Numbered from the stretch's first letter, positions 37,570 through 48,056 are shown. The stretch is 64,000 bases of DNA from Candidatus Nealsonbacteria bacterium (GCA_003557645.1 PWNV01000014.1:17989-81988); one strand, 5' to 3'. The notes: generated from the letters alone by a model not told the origin. Numbers and translations: made by a program.

Positions 37570-38199
37570 ATGCCCTTAAGCACTCAAGAATTACTTGAAA
37601 TTAAGCAGATTAGAGAAGGTGTTCTCGTCCTCAAAAACAACCAGCTACGAGGAATTTTGATGGTTTCGTCAATAAATTTTGTTTTAAAATCTGAAGAAGA
37701 GCAAAAAGCAACTATTTATCATTTTCAATCCTTCTTGAATTCCTTGGATTTCTACTTACAGATAGTTATTCAGTCTAGAAGAACAAATATTAGGGGATAT
37801 ATTGATAAAATCAAGAAAATAGAAAAAGAACACACTAATGAGCTTTTACAGTTTCAAATAGCGGGTTATATAAAGTTCTTGGAAGACTTTGTAAGAAAGG
37901 AAGATGTTTATAGTAAAAACTTTTTTGTAATCATTCCTTATGGTGTTGGAGAGACTAAAACATCAACACGTGATGTTATGGCTGCTAGAAAAGGAACCCT
38001 TACTGATGAGATTTTTGAAAGGGCAAGAGATCAGCTATATCAAAGAATGGAGTTTGCCGCTTTGGGTCTTCGTAGGTGTGGTCTCCACTCCGCTCCATTA
38101 ACTTCTTCTGAAATTATAGAATTACTTTGGAGTATGCATCATCCAAAACAAGCAGAAAAGGGATATTTCCCAGAAATACCTGATGAACTTATTATGTAA
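37570..38199 (+). CDS. TraC/VirB4 N-terminal-like protein
   Basis: STQELLEIKQIREG, SINFVLKSEEEQ, FLNSLDF.LQI. Confidence 0.75.
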   Translation: MPLSTQELLEIKQIREGVLVLKNNQLRGILMVSSINFVLKSEEEQKATIYHFQSFLNSLDFYLQIVIQSRRTNIRGYIDKIKKIEKEHTNELLQFQIAGYIKFLEDFVRKEDVYSKNFFVIIPYGVGETKTSTRDVMAARKGTLTDEIFERARDQLYQRMEFAALGLRRCGLHSAPLTSSEIIELLWSMHHPKQAEKGYFPEIPDELIM

Positions 38200-38200
38200 A

Positions 38201-40021
38201 ATGTCACATTTTATAAAAAATTTTAAAGAAATTCTTGGCTTAAATCTTCCTGGTAAAAAAACTTCTTCCAAGCCAGAGGAAGATGATGACTTTTTTGAGA
38301 TAAAAGACATTATCGCTCCTTCTTTTATAGAAGAGAAACAAGGAATGATAAAAATAGGTGAGAAAAGTTGTCGCTCTTTCTTTGTTTTCTCTTACCCTCA
38401 TTACCTTACAAGCGGTTGGCTTATCTCAGTAATTAACTTAGGAGCACAGATGGATATATCTTTTTTTATTCATTCTGTAGACACAACTCTTATTTTAAAA
38501 AAACTAAGAAAAAAACTTACTGAGGTTCAAGCAGAGATAATGGAAAATGAAAGTAAAGGAATTGTTCGCGATCCTGCTTTGGAAACAGCTCATCAAGACA
38601 TGGAAGATCTACGAGACAGACTTCAATCTGCACAAGAAAGAATGTTCCAGTTTGGCTTTTATATTACTATTTACGGAGATAATGATAAGGAGTTAGAGGA
38701 CATAGAAACCGTTTTAAGGTCTATATTGGAAGCAAAGGTAGTTTACCTTAAGTCTGCTCTCTTTCAGCAAAAGGACGGCTTTATTAGCACCTCTCCTTAC
38801 GGAAGAGATATACTTCAAACCCACAGCCCGATGAATACAGAACCCCTTTCCAGTATCTTCCCCTTTATTTCTTCCGAACTTACCTCTAACGACGGAATTT
38901 TATACGGAATCAACAAGCACAATAACTCTCTTGTTTTGTTTGATCGTTTTGAATTGGAAAATCCAAATCAAATAGTTTTTGGAACTTCGGGAGTAGGAAA
39001 ATCTTATCTCGTAAAATTAGCACTTCTAAGGTCTATTATGGTAGGCTCGGAAGCTATTGTTATTGATCCGGAAAACGAATACAAAACATTAGCCGAAGCA
39101 GTCGGAGGCTCTTTTTACGATATTTCCCTAGGTTCAGATAATCATATTAACCCTTTTGATATACCAGTTCCAAAAGAAGACGAAACAGCAGAGGAAGTTT
39201 TAAGGACAAATACCATTAATTTGGTTGGACTTTTAAGAATGATGTTGGGAGGATTAACTCCAGAAGAAGATGCTGTTATTGATCAAGCTATTTATGAGAC
39301 TTATGCAGCAAAAGACATCACAGCAGACAGTGATCCGAGTACATGGGAAGAAAAAGTACCTCTTTTTTCAGATTTAGAACAAATATTAGAATCAATGGAA
39401 GGAACAAGATCTCTGATGCTGCGTCTTAGAAGATTTTCAAAAGGAACTTATTCTAAGTTTTTTAACCAACACTCTAACGTCAAACTTGAAGGAAATCTAA
39501 CTGTTTTTGGGATAAGAGACCTTGAAGAAGAGCTCCGTCCGATGGCAATGTTTATTATTATGCGCTATATCTGGAAAACAGTAACCACCTCTATGAAAAA
39601 ACGAGTTCTCGTAATTGATGAGGCTTGGTGGATGATGCAGAGCGAAGATGGAGCATCATTCCTTTTTGGCTTAGTCAAAAGATCAAGAAAATACTGGTTA
39701 GGAGTTACTACTATTACTCAAGATGTTGCTGATTTTATGCGTTCCGAATACGGTCAACCCATCGTTACCAACTCTGCTCTAAAGGTACTACTTAAACAGT
39801 CCTCTGCTGTTATTGATAAAATTCAAGAAACATTTAGCCTTACAGATCAAGAAAAATTTATCCTTTTAGAAGGACAAGTGGGAGAGGGTATCTTTTTTGC
39901 TGGTCAAAAGAGAGTTGCTATTGAGATTACTGCCTCTCCTGCAGAAGACCAAATTATTACCTCTTCACCTGAAGAGATAAAGAAAATAAAGGATAAAAAG
40001 AGAAAAGAAGCAGGACTCTAA
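38201..40021 (+). CDS. VirB4-like ATPase
   Basis: GTSGVGKS, IDPENEY, INPFD, VIDEAW, RSRKY, TQD; start moved to 38201. Confidence 0.9.
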   Translation: MSHFIKNFKEILGLNLPGKKTSSKPEEDDDFFEIKDIIAPSFIEEKQGMIKIGEKSCRSFFVFSYPHYLTSGWLISVINLGAQMDISFFIHSVDTTLILKKLRKKLTEVQAEIMENESKGIVRDPALETAHQDMEDLRDRLQSAQERMFQFGFYITIYGDNDKELEDIETVLRSILEAKVVYLKSALFQQKDGFISTSPYGRDILQTHSPMNTEPLSSIFPFISSELTSNDGILYGINKHNNSLVLFDRFELENPNQIVFGTSGVGKSYLVKLALLRSIMVGSEAIVIDPENEYKTLAEAVGGSFYDISLGSDNHINPFDIPVPKEDETAEEVLRTNTINLVGLLRMMLGGLTPEEDAVIDQAIYETYAAKDITADSDPSTWEEKVPLFSDLEQILESMEGTRSLMLRLRRFSKGTYSKFFNQHSNVKLEGNLTVFGIRDLEEELRPMAMFIIMRYIWKTVTTSMKKRVLVIDEAWWMMQSEDGASFLFGLVKRSRKYWLGVTTITQDVADFMRSEYGQPIVTNSALKVLLKQSSAVIDKIQETFSLTDQEKFILLEGQVGEGIFFAGQKRVAIEITASPAEDQIITSSPEEIKKIKDKKRKEAGL

Positions 40022-40470
40022 TTTTTCTTTTTTATAACTACTCTCCTTTGAGAACCTTCGTCTACACTCTCTGTTATTATATCTTCTCTTTTCGCAAGGG
40101 TTAAATGAATAATTCTTCTCTCGTAAGCAGATAAGGAAGGAAATTTTTTTCCTACTCCAGTAAGAGAAACCTCATCAGCGGTTTTATTTGCAATTTCTTC
40201 TAGTTGTTCTCCTTTCCTTTTCTTATAATCATTAATATCTAGATTAATAAATAGTGGTTCAGAGCTGTTTTTTCTTGCTATGATCTTTAAAAGCCTTTCA
40301 ATCTCAACCAAGGATTGACCCCTCTCTCCTATAAAAGCTTGAGGGCTTTTTATCCTTGCATAAACATTAAGATTTTTATCGTCATTAGAAAAAAACTCCA
40401 CCTTAATGTCTGAATCAATTAAATAGAAAAATTTAATTATAATATCTTTGATTTCTTGCTTTGTCTTCAT
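40018..40470 (-). CDS. Jag/KhpB-like KH-R3H RNA-binding protein
   Basis: IGERGQSL, DINDY, ERRIIH. Confidence 0.88.
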   Translation of the reverse strand: MKTKQEIKDIIIKFFYLIDSDIKVEFFSNDDKNLNVYARIKSPQAFIGERGQSLVEIERLLKIIARKNSSEPLFINLDINDYKKRKGEQLEEIANKTADEVSLTGVGKKFPSLSAYERRIIHLTLAKREDIITESVDEGSQRRVVIKKKN

Positions 40471-41174
40471 ACTTCTTCACTTTTTTTCACCATATAATGT
40501 TGTGATATAGAAAAAATAATTGTTATTATCCAATAAAGTCCAACTGCAGAGGGAAGATTAAGAAGTATTATAAAAGTAAACCCTGGTAAGAAAATCATCA
40601 TGTGTGATTGCATCATTTTTGCCATATCCTTACTATCTTCTTTTCCTTTATTCTCCATCGTCATTTTCATTTGCAAATACTGTCCTCCTCCCGCTAAAAC
40701 AGCGAGAATAACATTTGCTGTTGACAGGTCTATAATTCCAAGGAATGTAGTGTCTACGCTCTCTGGAGAGGGAATAAAGTTGTAAAGATGAGTCATCTCT
40801 CCTGTTTCCAATCCTCTTCGAAAAATCTGAAACAAGGAAATAAGTATGGGTAGTTGAATAAAAAGAGGAAAAAGGCCAGAGAAAGGGTTAACTTTGGCTT
40901 TTTTATAAGCCTCCATTATCTTTCTTGCCTGAGTTTCTTTGTCATCCTTATATTTCTCTTGTAACTTCTTTATCTCAGGTTGAATCTTTTGTATTTCTTT
41001 TTGAGATCTTGTAGCCTTCAGTCCTAAGGGGTAAAGAATACTCTTAATAAGAACTGTGACTAGAACAACGGCAATTCCTAGGTCAGCAAAAGGAACTACG
41101 TTATAGAAAAAAATTAGCAAATTAAAGAGAGGCTGGTATATTGTTATGTAAAAAAAATCGGCTATAAAGCTCAT
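40467..41174 (-). CDS. yidC: Membrane protein insertase YidC (short form)
   Basis: IQPEIKKLQEKYK, NPFSG..P..IQLP, GLYW. Confidence 0.93.
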   Translation of the reverse strand: MSFIADFFYITIYQPLFNLLIFFYNVVPFADLGIAVVLVTVLIKSILYPLGLKATRSQKEIQKIQPEIKKLQEKYKDDKETQARKIMEAYKKAKVNPFSGLFPLFIQLPILISLFQIFRRGLETGEMTHLYNFIPSPESVDTTFLGIIDLSTANVILAVLAGGGQYLQMKMTMENKGKEDSKDMAKMMQSHMMIFLPGFTFIILLNLPSAVGLYWIITIIFSISQHYMVKKSEEV

Positions 41175-41178
41175 TGTT

Positions 41179-41523
41179 TTAACTCTTAATCACCTTCGCT
41201 TTTTGTAATATATCCACTACTCCTTCCTTGATCTCTTTATAACTTCTTTTATCTAAGTCTTTCTTACTGATAACAATAACATCAAACCCTTTTTCAATTT
41301 GTTTAAAAACACTTCTTACTGCTTCTCTTTTCTTTCTTTTTAAGGTATTCCTTACTACTGCTTTTCTATATATTTTTACTGGAACAACAAAAGCGAAACG
41401 GGAGAAATCTAAATTATTTTCTTTTACTTTTATTAAGTAAGTCTGATTTTCAAACTTCTTTCCGTTTCGAAAAATATCATCAAACTCCTTCCTTTTTTTA
41501 ATTCTATATTTAAAAGAAAGCAT
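41179..41523 (-). CDS. rnpA: RNase P protein component
   Basis: KAVVRNTLKR, within the rpmH-rnpA-yidC order. Confidence 0.93.
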   Translation of the reverse strand: MLSFKYRIKKRKEFDDIFRNGKKFENQTYLIKVKENNLDFSRFAFVVPVKIYRKAVVRNTLKRKKREAVRSVFKQIEKGFDVIVISKKDLDKRSYKEIKEGVVDILQKAKVIKS

Positions 41524-41526
41524 TAA

Positions 41527-41661
41527 TTAGACAGTAAGCCTGCTTCTTTTCTTCCTTATTCTGCGCTTTAAAACAGATCTTCCTGCTTTGTTTTTAATTC
41601 TTGCAAAAAATCCATGCGCTCTTTTCCTTTTTCTATTTTTTGGATTAGTAAAAAATGACAT
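41527..41661 (-). CDS. rpmH: 50S ribosomal protein L34 (not in the ORF track)
   Basis: Manual translation MSFFTNPKNRKRKRAHGFFARIKNKAGRSVLKRRIRKKRSRLTV*. Confidence 0.93.
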   Translation of the reverse strand: MSFFTNPKNRKRKRAHGFFARIKNKAGRSVLKRRIRKKRSRLTV

Positions 41662-41840
41662 AGTTTCGTAAAATTTACCTTGTTATTCTACTTCAAATTA
41701 ATTTAAATGTCAATTTATAAAACTAAATTAGTTATCCCCACTTTTTCCACATGTTATTAAGATATTAACAGATAAATGGAGTTTTCCCCACCATTTTAAT
41801 TATGCTATAATCCACCTAGTTAATTTTAATATAATTAAAA
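41662..41840. promoter_or_regulatory. DnaA-box cluster and dnaA promoter (oriC part 1)
   Basis: TTATCCCCA 41732, TTTTCCACA 41743, TTTTCCCCA 41782; extended -10 TGCTATAAT at 41803. Confidence 0.7.
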
Positions 41841-43193
41841 ATGATTACAGAGAAAGAAAAACTTTGGCAATCAGTCTTAGCTCAAGTTCAATTAAATACC
41901 TCTGAAGCAAATTTTAATACATGGTTTAAGGGCACTCAAATTTATTCCCTTGAGGATCCTAAAATAATTATTGCTGTTCCTAATTCTTTTGTAAAAGAGT
42001 GGCTAGAAAATAAATATAACAAAATAATACTTAAAACAATAAAAGAGCTAAATAATAATATAAAAGAAATTAATTATATTATTAAAACCCCTAGCAAAAA
42101 AGAAGTAGAGAGAGAGGAAAAGATTGGACCGATTAATCAAATGCAATTTCAAGAGTTTTCAGTAGACTCATCTACAGGTCTAAATCCTAAATATACATTT
42201 GAAAATTTTGTAGTTGGTCCTTTTAATGAACTCGCACATGCTGCTAGTTTTGCTGTTTCAGAGAGTCCCGGAACAATTTATAATCCCCTTTTTATTTATG
42301 GGAAAACAGGGCTTGGAAAAACACATCTTTTACAAGCAGTAGGAAACGAGATAAAAAATAAAATTAAGAATAAAAATATTTTATATATTCAAGCACAAAA
42401 GTTTATCTCTGAAGTAGTTTCTTCTATAAGAAATGGAAAGATGGAGGAGTTTAAAAATCAATATAAAGATATTGATATTATTATTATTGATGACATTCAA
42501 TTCCTTTCAGGAAAAGAAAAAACACAAGAAGAGTTTTTTCATATTTTTAATGAATTATATGAGAAAAATAAACAAATTATTCTTTCTTCAGACAGACCTC
42601 CAAAATCAATTAATGCTCTTACTGATAGATTAAGATCTCGATTTGAAGGAGGGATGATTACTGATATAGATTATCCTGATCTTGAAACTAGAGCCGCTAT
42701 TCTTAAGAAGAAGGCTATCGAAAAAGAATTTAATCTTTCTGATGATGTCTGTTCTTATATAGTAGAAAATATTCAAAAAAATATCAGAGAATTAGAGGGA
42801 GTTTTAAATAAATTAATAATTCATCAAAAAGTTCATAAAGAAGATATTAATATGGACAGAATAAAGATTGTTTTAAAAAATATAATTCAATCTTCAACAA
42901 CCTCTTTTTCTTCACAAAATATATTTAAAGTTGTATCAGATTATTATGAAATTAATGAAAAGGAGATAAAAAGCTCTTCTAGAAAAAGAGAAATTGTAAA
43001 ACCAAGACAAATTATAATTTATTTATTAAGAAATGAATTAAATTATTCCTTTCCTTATATTGGTAAAAAAATAGGAGGAAAAGATCATACAACAATAATA
43101 TATTCTTTTAATAAAATAAATAAGGATTTAAAAATAAATGAAGATTTAAGAGAGGAGATATCATATATTAAACAAACAATATCTTCTATGTAA
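41841..43193 (+). CDS. dnaA: Chromosomal replication initiator DnaA
   Basis: YTFENFV, GKTGLGKTHL, DDIQF, RLRSRF, GKDHTT. Confidence 0.98.
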   Translation: MITEKEKLWQSVLAQVQLNTSEANFNTWFKGTQIYSLEDPKIIIAVPNSFVKEWLENKYNKIILKTIKELNNNIKEINYIIKTPSKKEVEREEKIGPINQMQFQEFSVDSSTGLNPKYTFENFVVGPFNELAHAASFAVSESPGTIYNPLFIYGKTGLGKTHLLQAVGNEIKNKIKNKNILYIQAQKFISEVVSSIRNGKMEEFKNQYKDIDIIIIDDIQFLSGKEKTQEEFFHIFNELYEKNKQIILSSDRPPKSINALTDRLRSRFEGGMITDIDYPDLETRAAILKKKAIEKEFNLSDDVCSYIVENIQKNIRELEGVLNKLIIHQKVHKEDINMDRIKIVLKNIIQSSTTSFSSQNIFKVVSDYYEINEKEIKSSSRKREIVKPRQIIIYLLRNELNYSFPYIGKKIGGKDHTTIIYSFNKINKDLKINEDLREEISYIKQTISSM

Positions 43194-43369
43194 AAGTTGT
43201 GGAAAAGATGTAAAAAAGATGAATATAATTAAAACTTCTTTTTTTCTCCTTATTTATCCCCTTTTCTTTTTTCCTTTTTTACCACTTTTCTTCAATTATT
43301 TTCCCCACCTTATTTAAGTTTAAAAACTAAATTAATAACATCTTTAATAATAACAATAAATTTAAAAGT
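43194..43369. other. Probable oriC unwinding region (dnaA-dnaN intergenic)
   Basis: TGTGGAAAA 43198, TTTTCCCCA 43299, very AT-rich 3' part. Confidence 0.6.
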
Positions 43370-44488
43370 ATGAATATTAAAGTATTACAGAGTAAATTAA
43401 AGGAAGGGTTAAATATTATAAGTAGAGCATCTCTTAAATCTACTACTCTCCCTATTTTGAAAAATATTTTAATAAAAGGAGAAAATAATTTTCTTTCACT
43501 TTTATCTACAGATTTAGAAATTGGTATAAATTGGTGGACGCTTGCAAAAGTGGAAAAGGATGGAGAGATAACTGTTCCTTTTAATGTTTTATCAAGTTTT
43601 GTAAATTTACTTCCAAATGAAAAAGTTGATTTAATTTTAAAAAAAGAGACTTTATCTGTTCAGTGTGAGGATTATAAAATCCAAATTAATGGTGTTAATA
43701 CGAAAGAATTTCCTATTATTCCTAAAATAGAGGAAAAAAATTCTATAAATTTAAGTAGTAAGAGTTTTTGTGAAGGTTTATCTCAAATAATTGATATTCC
43801 TTCTTTATCTAAAGTAAAACCAGAGATATCAGGGATATTACTATGTTTTACAAAAGAGGGAGTAAAAATAGTTGCAACTGATAGTTATAGATTAGCGGAA
43901 AAACAGATCAATATTAAAAATAAAAGCAGTAATCTTTCTTTTATTATTCCTCAAAAAACAGCACGAGAAGTTGTTAATATATTTAAAGATTTAGATGAGG
44001 AGATGGAGATTATTTTTGGTGATAATCAAATTTTATTTAGAGCAAATATGAAGGAAGCAGAGCACCCTTATATCGAGCTTACCTCTAAATTAATTGAGGG
44101 AGAGTATCCTGACTATAAGAGTATTATTCCTCCTAGTTTTAAATCGCAAATTATATTAGATAGAGAAGAATTTCTAAATAAGATAAAAGCAGCGAGTATT
44201 TTTAGTGGAAGGGTAAATGAAGTTAATTTAGATATTAATACTGAAAAAGAAGAGATAGTTATTAAGAGCCAAGCTACTGATCTTGGGGATTATAAAGCTA
44301 AAATAAAAGGAAGAGCTGAAGGTGATAAGGTAAATGTTTCTTTTAATAATCGTTTCCTTTTAGATGGACTTGTAAATATCAAAAGCTCAGAAGTAGTTTT
44401 TGAAATTAGTGGAGATTCTAGTCCTGGCGTTTTAAAACCAGTTGGAAAAAGTGATTTTCTTTATGTGGTTATGCCGATTAAAAGTTAA
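43370..44488 (+). CDS. dnaN: DNA polymerase III beta clamp
   Basis: STDLE, ATDSYRL, LIEGEYPDY, VVMPIK. Confidence 0.97.
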   Translation: MNIKVLQSKLKEGLNIISRASLKSTTLPILKNILIKGENNFLSLLSTDLEIGINWWTLAKVEKDGEITVPFNVLSSFVNLLPNEKVDLILKKETLSVQCEDYKIQINGVNTKEFPIIPKIEEKNSINLSSKSFCEGLSQIIDIPSLSKVKPEISGILLCFTKEGVKIVATDSYRLAEKQINIKNKSSNLSFIIPQKTAREVVNIFKDLDEEMEIIFGDNQILFRANMKEAEHPYIELTSKLIEGEYPDYKSIIPPSFKSQIILDREEFLNKIKAASIFSGRVNEVNLDINTEKEEIVIKSQATDLGDYKAKIKGRAEGDKVNVSFNNRFLLDGLVNIKSSEVVFEISGDSSPGVLKPVGKSDFLYVVMPIKS

Positions 44489-46347
44489 AGAAAACTTTCA
44501 AAAAATTCTCTCCAAATAGGTGCGGTAACAACTATTCCAGGCGCGTTTATCATTGATGCATTATTATTATTACCCGTCCACACTCCTACCACTAAAGAAG
44601 AGTTATATCCGATTGTCCATCCATCTCGGAAGTTTTGTGTACTACCTGTTTTTACTGCGATGTCGTGGTCTGGGAAATGAAGTAAAGAATTTTGACCAAA
44701 AACAGGGGCTCTTGCTGAATTATCAGAAAGGATGTCAGTTATTTCTTCTGCTATAGAAGAAGAAAGAACTCTTCTTAATGTTGGTTCGTTTTTTTCTATA
44801 ATATTACCGTGCTTATCAGTTATCTTTTTAATAAAGATAGGAGAATTTCTGTATCCACCAGAAGCAAAAACTCCATAAGCAGAAGTTATTTCAAGTAGCT
44901 TTACATCTCCTCCTCCTAAAACAAGAGGAAGGCCATAAAAACTGGCATCACGAGGAAGTTCAATTCCAAAAAGCCTTGCGTTTTCTACGCTTCTTTCTAA
45001 ACCAGCTAAGTCTCTTAGTGCTTTAACAGAAGGTATATTTAGAGATTGTGCAAGGGACTGTCTAAGAGTTACCTCTCCTCTGAACTGGCCGTCGTAATTT
45101 CTTGGTATATAAGGGTTACTTACTGTTCCAAAATTTGTTCTTTCATCTATTACAATAGTATCTCCACTGTAACCATTCTGGAAAGCTGTTGCATAAACGA
45201 AAGGTTTAAAAGAGGAACCAGGTTGCCTTTCTCTCATTGCTACATTTGAATAAGGATCAAATTTACAAGTAGATCCAGGAATACAACCTTCTGGAAAGGG
45301 TTCACTTGAATAATCTACTGATCCTACCATAGCAAGAATTTCTCCTGTATTAGGCTCAATAGCAACTAAAGCAGAGTTATAAGCGTTGTGTTGATAGTTA
45401 TTAACAGCTTTTTCTTTTATAATCTTTTCTGCTTTTTGCTGCATTTCAAAGTCAATAGTAGTATAAACTTGAAGACCATTCTCTTTTAAAAACTCTTCTC
45501 CATATTTTTTCTCTAATTGACTTTTAACTTCCATTACAAAGTGTGGAGCTCGAAGATAAATCGAGAAAGATGAAAACTCTAAATCTTCTTCTTTCGCTTC
45601 TTCTAACTCCTCCTCTGTTATTAAATCGTTTTGGTACATTCTATTTAAGAGATGATCTTTCCTAAGAATTAAAGTCTCTACGTTTTCTCCAAAAGGAGAA
45701 AGGTAACTTGGAGAGGGAACAAGAGTTACTAAGACAGCAGACTCGTTAAGACTTAATTCTTTTGCAGGTTTATTGAAGTAGGTTTGTGCTGCTGCCTCAA
45801 TTCCATAAGCGTTATGACCAAAAGGAATTTGATTTAAATAAAATTCAAGAATTTGATCTTTCGAATATCTTCTTTCTAGCTCTAATGTAAGAATAATCTC
45901 TCTTATTTTTCTCATATAAGTTCTTTCTGCGCTGAGGAAGGCAGAGCGGACAAATTGTTGAGAGATAGTTGAGCCCCCTGCTACAGTCCTTCCTCTTTGG
46001 AAATTAGCTATTGCTGAACGAACTATTCCTTGAAAATCTACTCCATAGTGATTATAGAAATTAGAGTCTTCTGCGGTGAGAATAGCATCTATAAAGTGAG
46101 GAGGAATATCTGATATTTCTATTACATCTCTTCTTTCTTCTCCGTGAATGGTGTAAAGGAGATGATTTCCACTTCTATCGTAGATGTGAGTAGGTTCTGC
46201 TGTGGGACTATCCATAAAACGTTCTGGACGTGGAAGATCTCGCGCAAAATAGATAAAGACGAGGGAAGCAAAAAGAACAACGGAAAGAATAACCGCGATA
46301 AAGCCGTAAAGCAAATTAATAAGTATTTTTTTTCTTTTCATTTTCAT
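44485..46347 (-). CDS. Class A penicillin-binding protein (transglycosylase-transpeptidase)
   Basis: AEDSNFYNH, GGSTISQQ, RKIRE, PGSSFKP, SLN, KTG. Confidence 0.94.
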   Translation of the reverse strand: MKMKRKKILINLLYGFIAVILSVVLFASLVFIYFARDLPRPERFMDSPTAEPTHIYDRSGNHLLYTIHGEERRDVIEISDIPPHFIDAILTAEDSNFYNHYGVDFQGIVRSAIANFQRGRTVAGGSTISQQFVRSAFLSAERTYMRKIREIILTLELERRYSKDQILEFYLNQIPFGHNAYGIEAAAQTYFNKPAKELSLNESAVLVTLVPSPSYLSPFGENVETLILRKDHLLNRMYQNDLITEEELEEAKEEDLEFSSFSIYLRAPHFVMEVKSQLEKKYGEEFLKENGLQVYTTIDFEMQQKAEKIIKEKAVNNYQHNAYNSALVAIEPNTGEILAMVGSVDYSSEPFPEGCIPGSTCKFDPYSNVAMRERQPGSSFKPFVYATAFQNGYSGDTIVIDERTNFGTVSNPYIPRNYDGQFRGEVTLRQSLAQSLNIPSVKALRDLAGLERSVENARLFGIELPRDASFYGLPLVLGGGDVKLLEITSAYGVFASGGYRNSPIFIKKITDKHGNIIEKNEPTLRRVLSSSIAEEITDILSDNSARAPVFGQNSLLHFPDHDIAVKTGSTQNFRDGWTIGYNSSLVVGVWTGNNNNASMINAPGIVVTAPIWREFFESFL

Positions 46348-46402
46348 CTTCTCTATTTTATCTTAATTATCTAATTTTTCAAATAATAATATTTTTGTTA
46401 TA

Positions 46403-47593
46403 ATGAAAAGCATGGAAGAAAAAATAAAAAACATACTAGAAAGAGGAGCAGAGGATATTGTCGGGAAAGAAGAGATTGAGAAAAAACTTCGGGAAGGGGA
46501 AAAGTTAAGAGTAAAATTTGGACTTGATCCCACTGGAACAAATATCCATTTAGGAGGAGCTTCTCAGTTTTGGAGATTAAAGGCATTCCAAGACCTAGGT
46601 CACCAGGTAGTTTTTATTATTGGAGATTTTACAGCTAAAATTGGAGATGCTTCTGATAAACAGGAGATGAGAAAAAATCTCACAGACGATGAAATAGCAG
46701 ATAATATGAAGGACTATAAGGAACAGATTAGTAAAATTCTAGACATGGATAAAATCGAGATTAGGTATAATAGCGAGTGGTTTAATGATTTTGACTTAAA
46801 AAAACTTATTCCTCTTGCAATGGAGTTTACTTCTCAGCAGATGATTCAGCGACGTAATTTTAAAGAAAGATGGGATCAAGAAAAACCAATTGGCCTTCAT
46901 GAACTTCTTTATCCCCTTTTGCAAGGCTATGATTCTGTGGCGGTGAAGGCAGATGTAGAGATTGGTGGATTTGATCAGCTTTTTAACCTGAAAGCTGGGA
47001 GAAAAATTCAAAGATTCTATAAACAAAAACCACAATATATTATTACATCAAAAATGCTTTATGGTCTTGACGGAAGAGAGATGTCAACTAGTTGGGGGAA
47101 TGTGGTGAATATAAACGAAAAAGCAAAAGAGATGTACGGGAAGGTAATGTCAATACAGGATGATTTAATAATAGACTATTTCGAGCTTTGTGCATTTGTT
47201 GATTATAAGGAATTAGAAGAAATAAGAAATAGAATTTCTAAAGGAAAAATTAATCCAAGAGATGCAAAGGCGGATCTTGCCTTTCGTATAGTCAAACTTT
47301 ATCACGGTGAAGAGGAAGCAGAGGAAGCAGCAGAACATTTTGAGCGTGTTTTTTGCAAAAAAGAGAATCCGGAGGAGATAGAAGAAGTTGAAATAAAGAA
47401 GGAGAAGATGAGCGTGCTTGATCTGCTATCTTTTTCAGGAATGATCTCTTCTAGAGCAGAAGGGAAGAGGCTTGTAAATCAGAGAGGAGTTAAAATAAAT
47501 GAAGATATTATAGAAGATCCTCATCAGGTAGTAGAAGTTACTGAAGGAATGATAATAAAAATAGGTAAGAGAAAATTTAAAAAAGTGATATAG
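46403..47593 (+). CDS. tyrS: Tyrosine--tRNA ligase
   Basis: GLDPTG..IHLG, YPLLQGYD, GGFDQ, EMSTS (KMSKS variant), S4 domain. Confidence 0.95.
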   Translation: MKSMEEKIKNILERGAEDIVGKEEIEKKLREGEKLRVKFGLDPTGTNIHLGGASQFWRLKAFQDLGHQVVFIIGDFTAKIGDASDKQEMRKNLTDDEIADNMKDYKEQISKILDMDKIEIRYNSEWFNDFDLKKLIPLAMEFTSQQMIQRRNFKERWDQEKPIGLHELLYPLLQGYDSVAVKADVEIGGFDQLFNLKAGRKIQRFYKQKPQYIITSKMLYGLDGREMSTSWGNVVNINEKAKEMYGKVMSIQDDLIIDYFELCAFVDYKELEEIRNRISKGKINPRDAKADLAFRIVKLYHGEEEAEEAAEHFERVFCKKENPEEIEEVEIKKEKMSVLDLLSFSGMISSRAEGKRLVNQRGVKINEDIIEDPHQVVEVTEGMIIKIGKRKFKKVI

Positions 47594-48056
47594 ATTTATT
47601 TATTCCACAGATAGCTGCTCCCAGAGCATCTGCCGCATCATCTGGTTGCGGCTTTTCTTTTAAATTTAAAAGAAGTTGAATCATTTTTTGCACTTGTTCT
47701 TTATCTGCTTGCCCATAACCAGCGATAGAACTTTTTATTTCTGGTGGGGTAAACTCTTGAACAGGAACCCCCTCTCTTTCGGCAGTCATCATAATTACAC
47801 CTTTTGCTTGGCTAACGGGGATAATGGTTTTAAGGTTTTTAAAAAAATATACTTTTTCTATTCCGAGAATAGTAGGATTATATTTTTTAATAATAAAAGA
47901 AAGCTCTTCACCTAAAATACTTAATCTTTTAGGCATAGCGATGTTTTTGTCTGTTTTAATAACTCCATAACCAAGGCAGGAAAAAGCATTTCCTTTGCAC
48001 TCTACTATGCCGTATCCGGTAGTGGCGATACCTGGATCTATTCCGATACCGATCAT
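47577..48056 (-). CDS. ruvC: Holliday junction resolvase RuvC
   Basis: GIDPG, GIEKVYF, DDAADA. Confidence 0.96.
   Translation of the reverse strand: MIGIGIDPGIATTGYGIVECKGNAFSCLGYGVIKTDKNIAMPKRLSILGEELSFIIKKYNPTILGIEKVYFFKNLKTIIPVSQAKGVIMMTAEREGVPVQEFTPPEIKSSIAGYGQADKEQVQKMIQLLLNLKEKPQPDDAADALGAAICGINKSISLF

Noticed and set aside
37151-40021. Integrative conjugative element
   Set aside because: No integrase, relaxase, coupling protein or flanking direct repeats seen; the locus is embedded in core genes.
43330-43360. TAA repeats as DnaA-trios
   Set aside because: Their orientation relative to the nearest box does not match the B. subtilis arrangement, and they cannot be told apart from AT-rich background.
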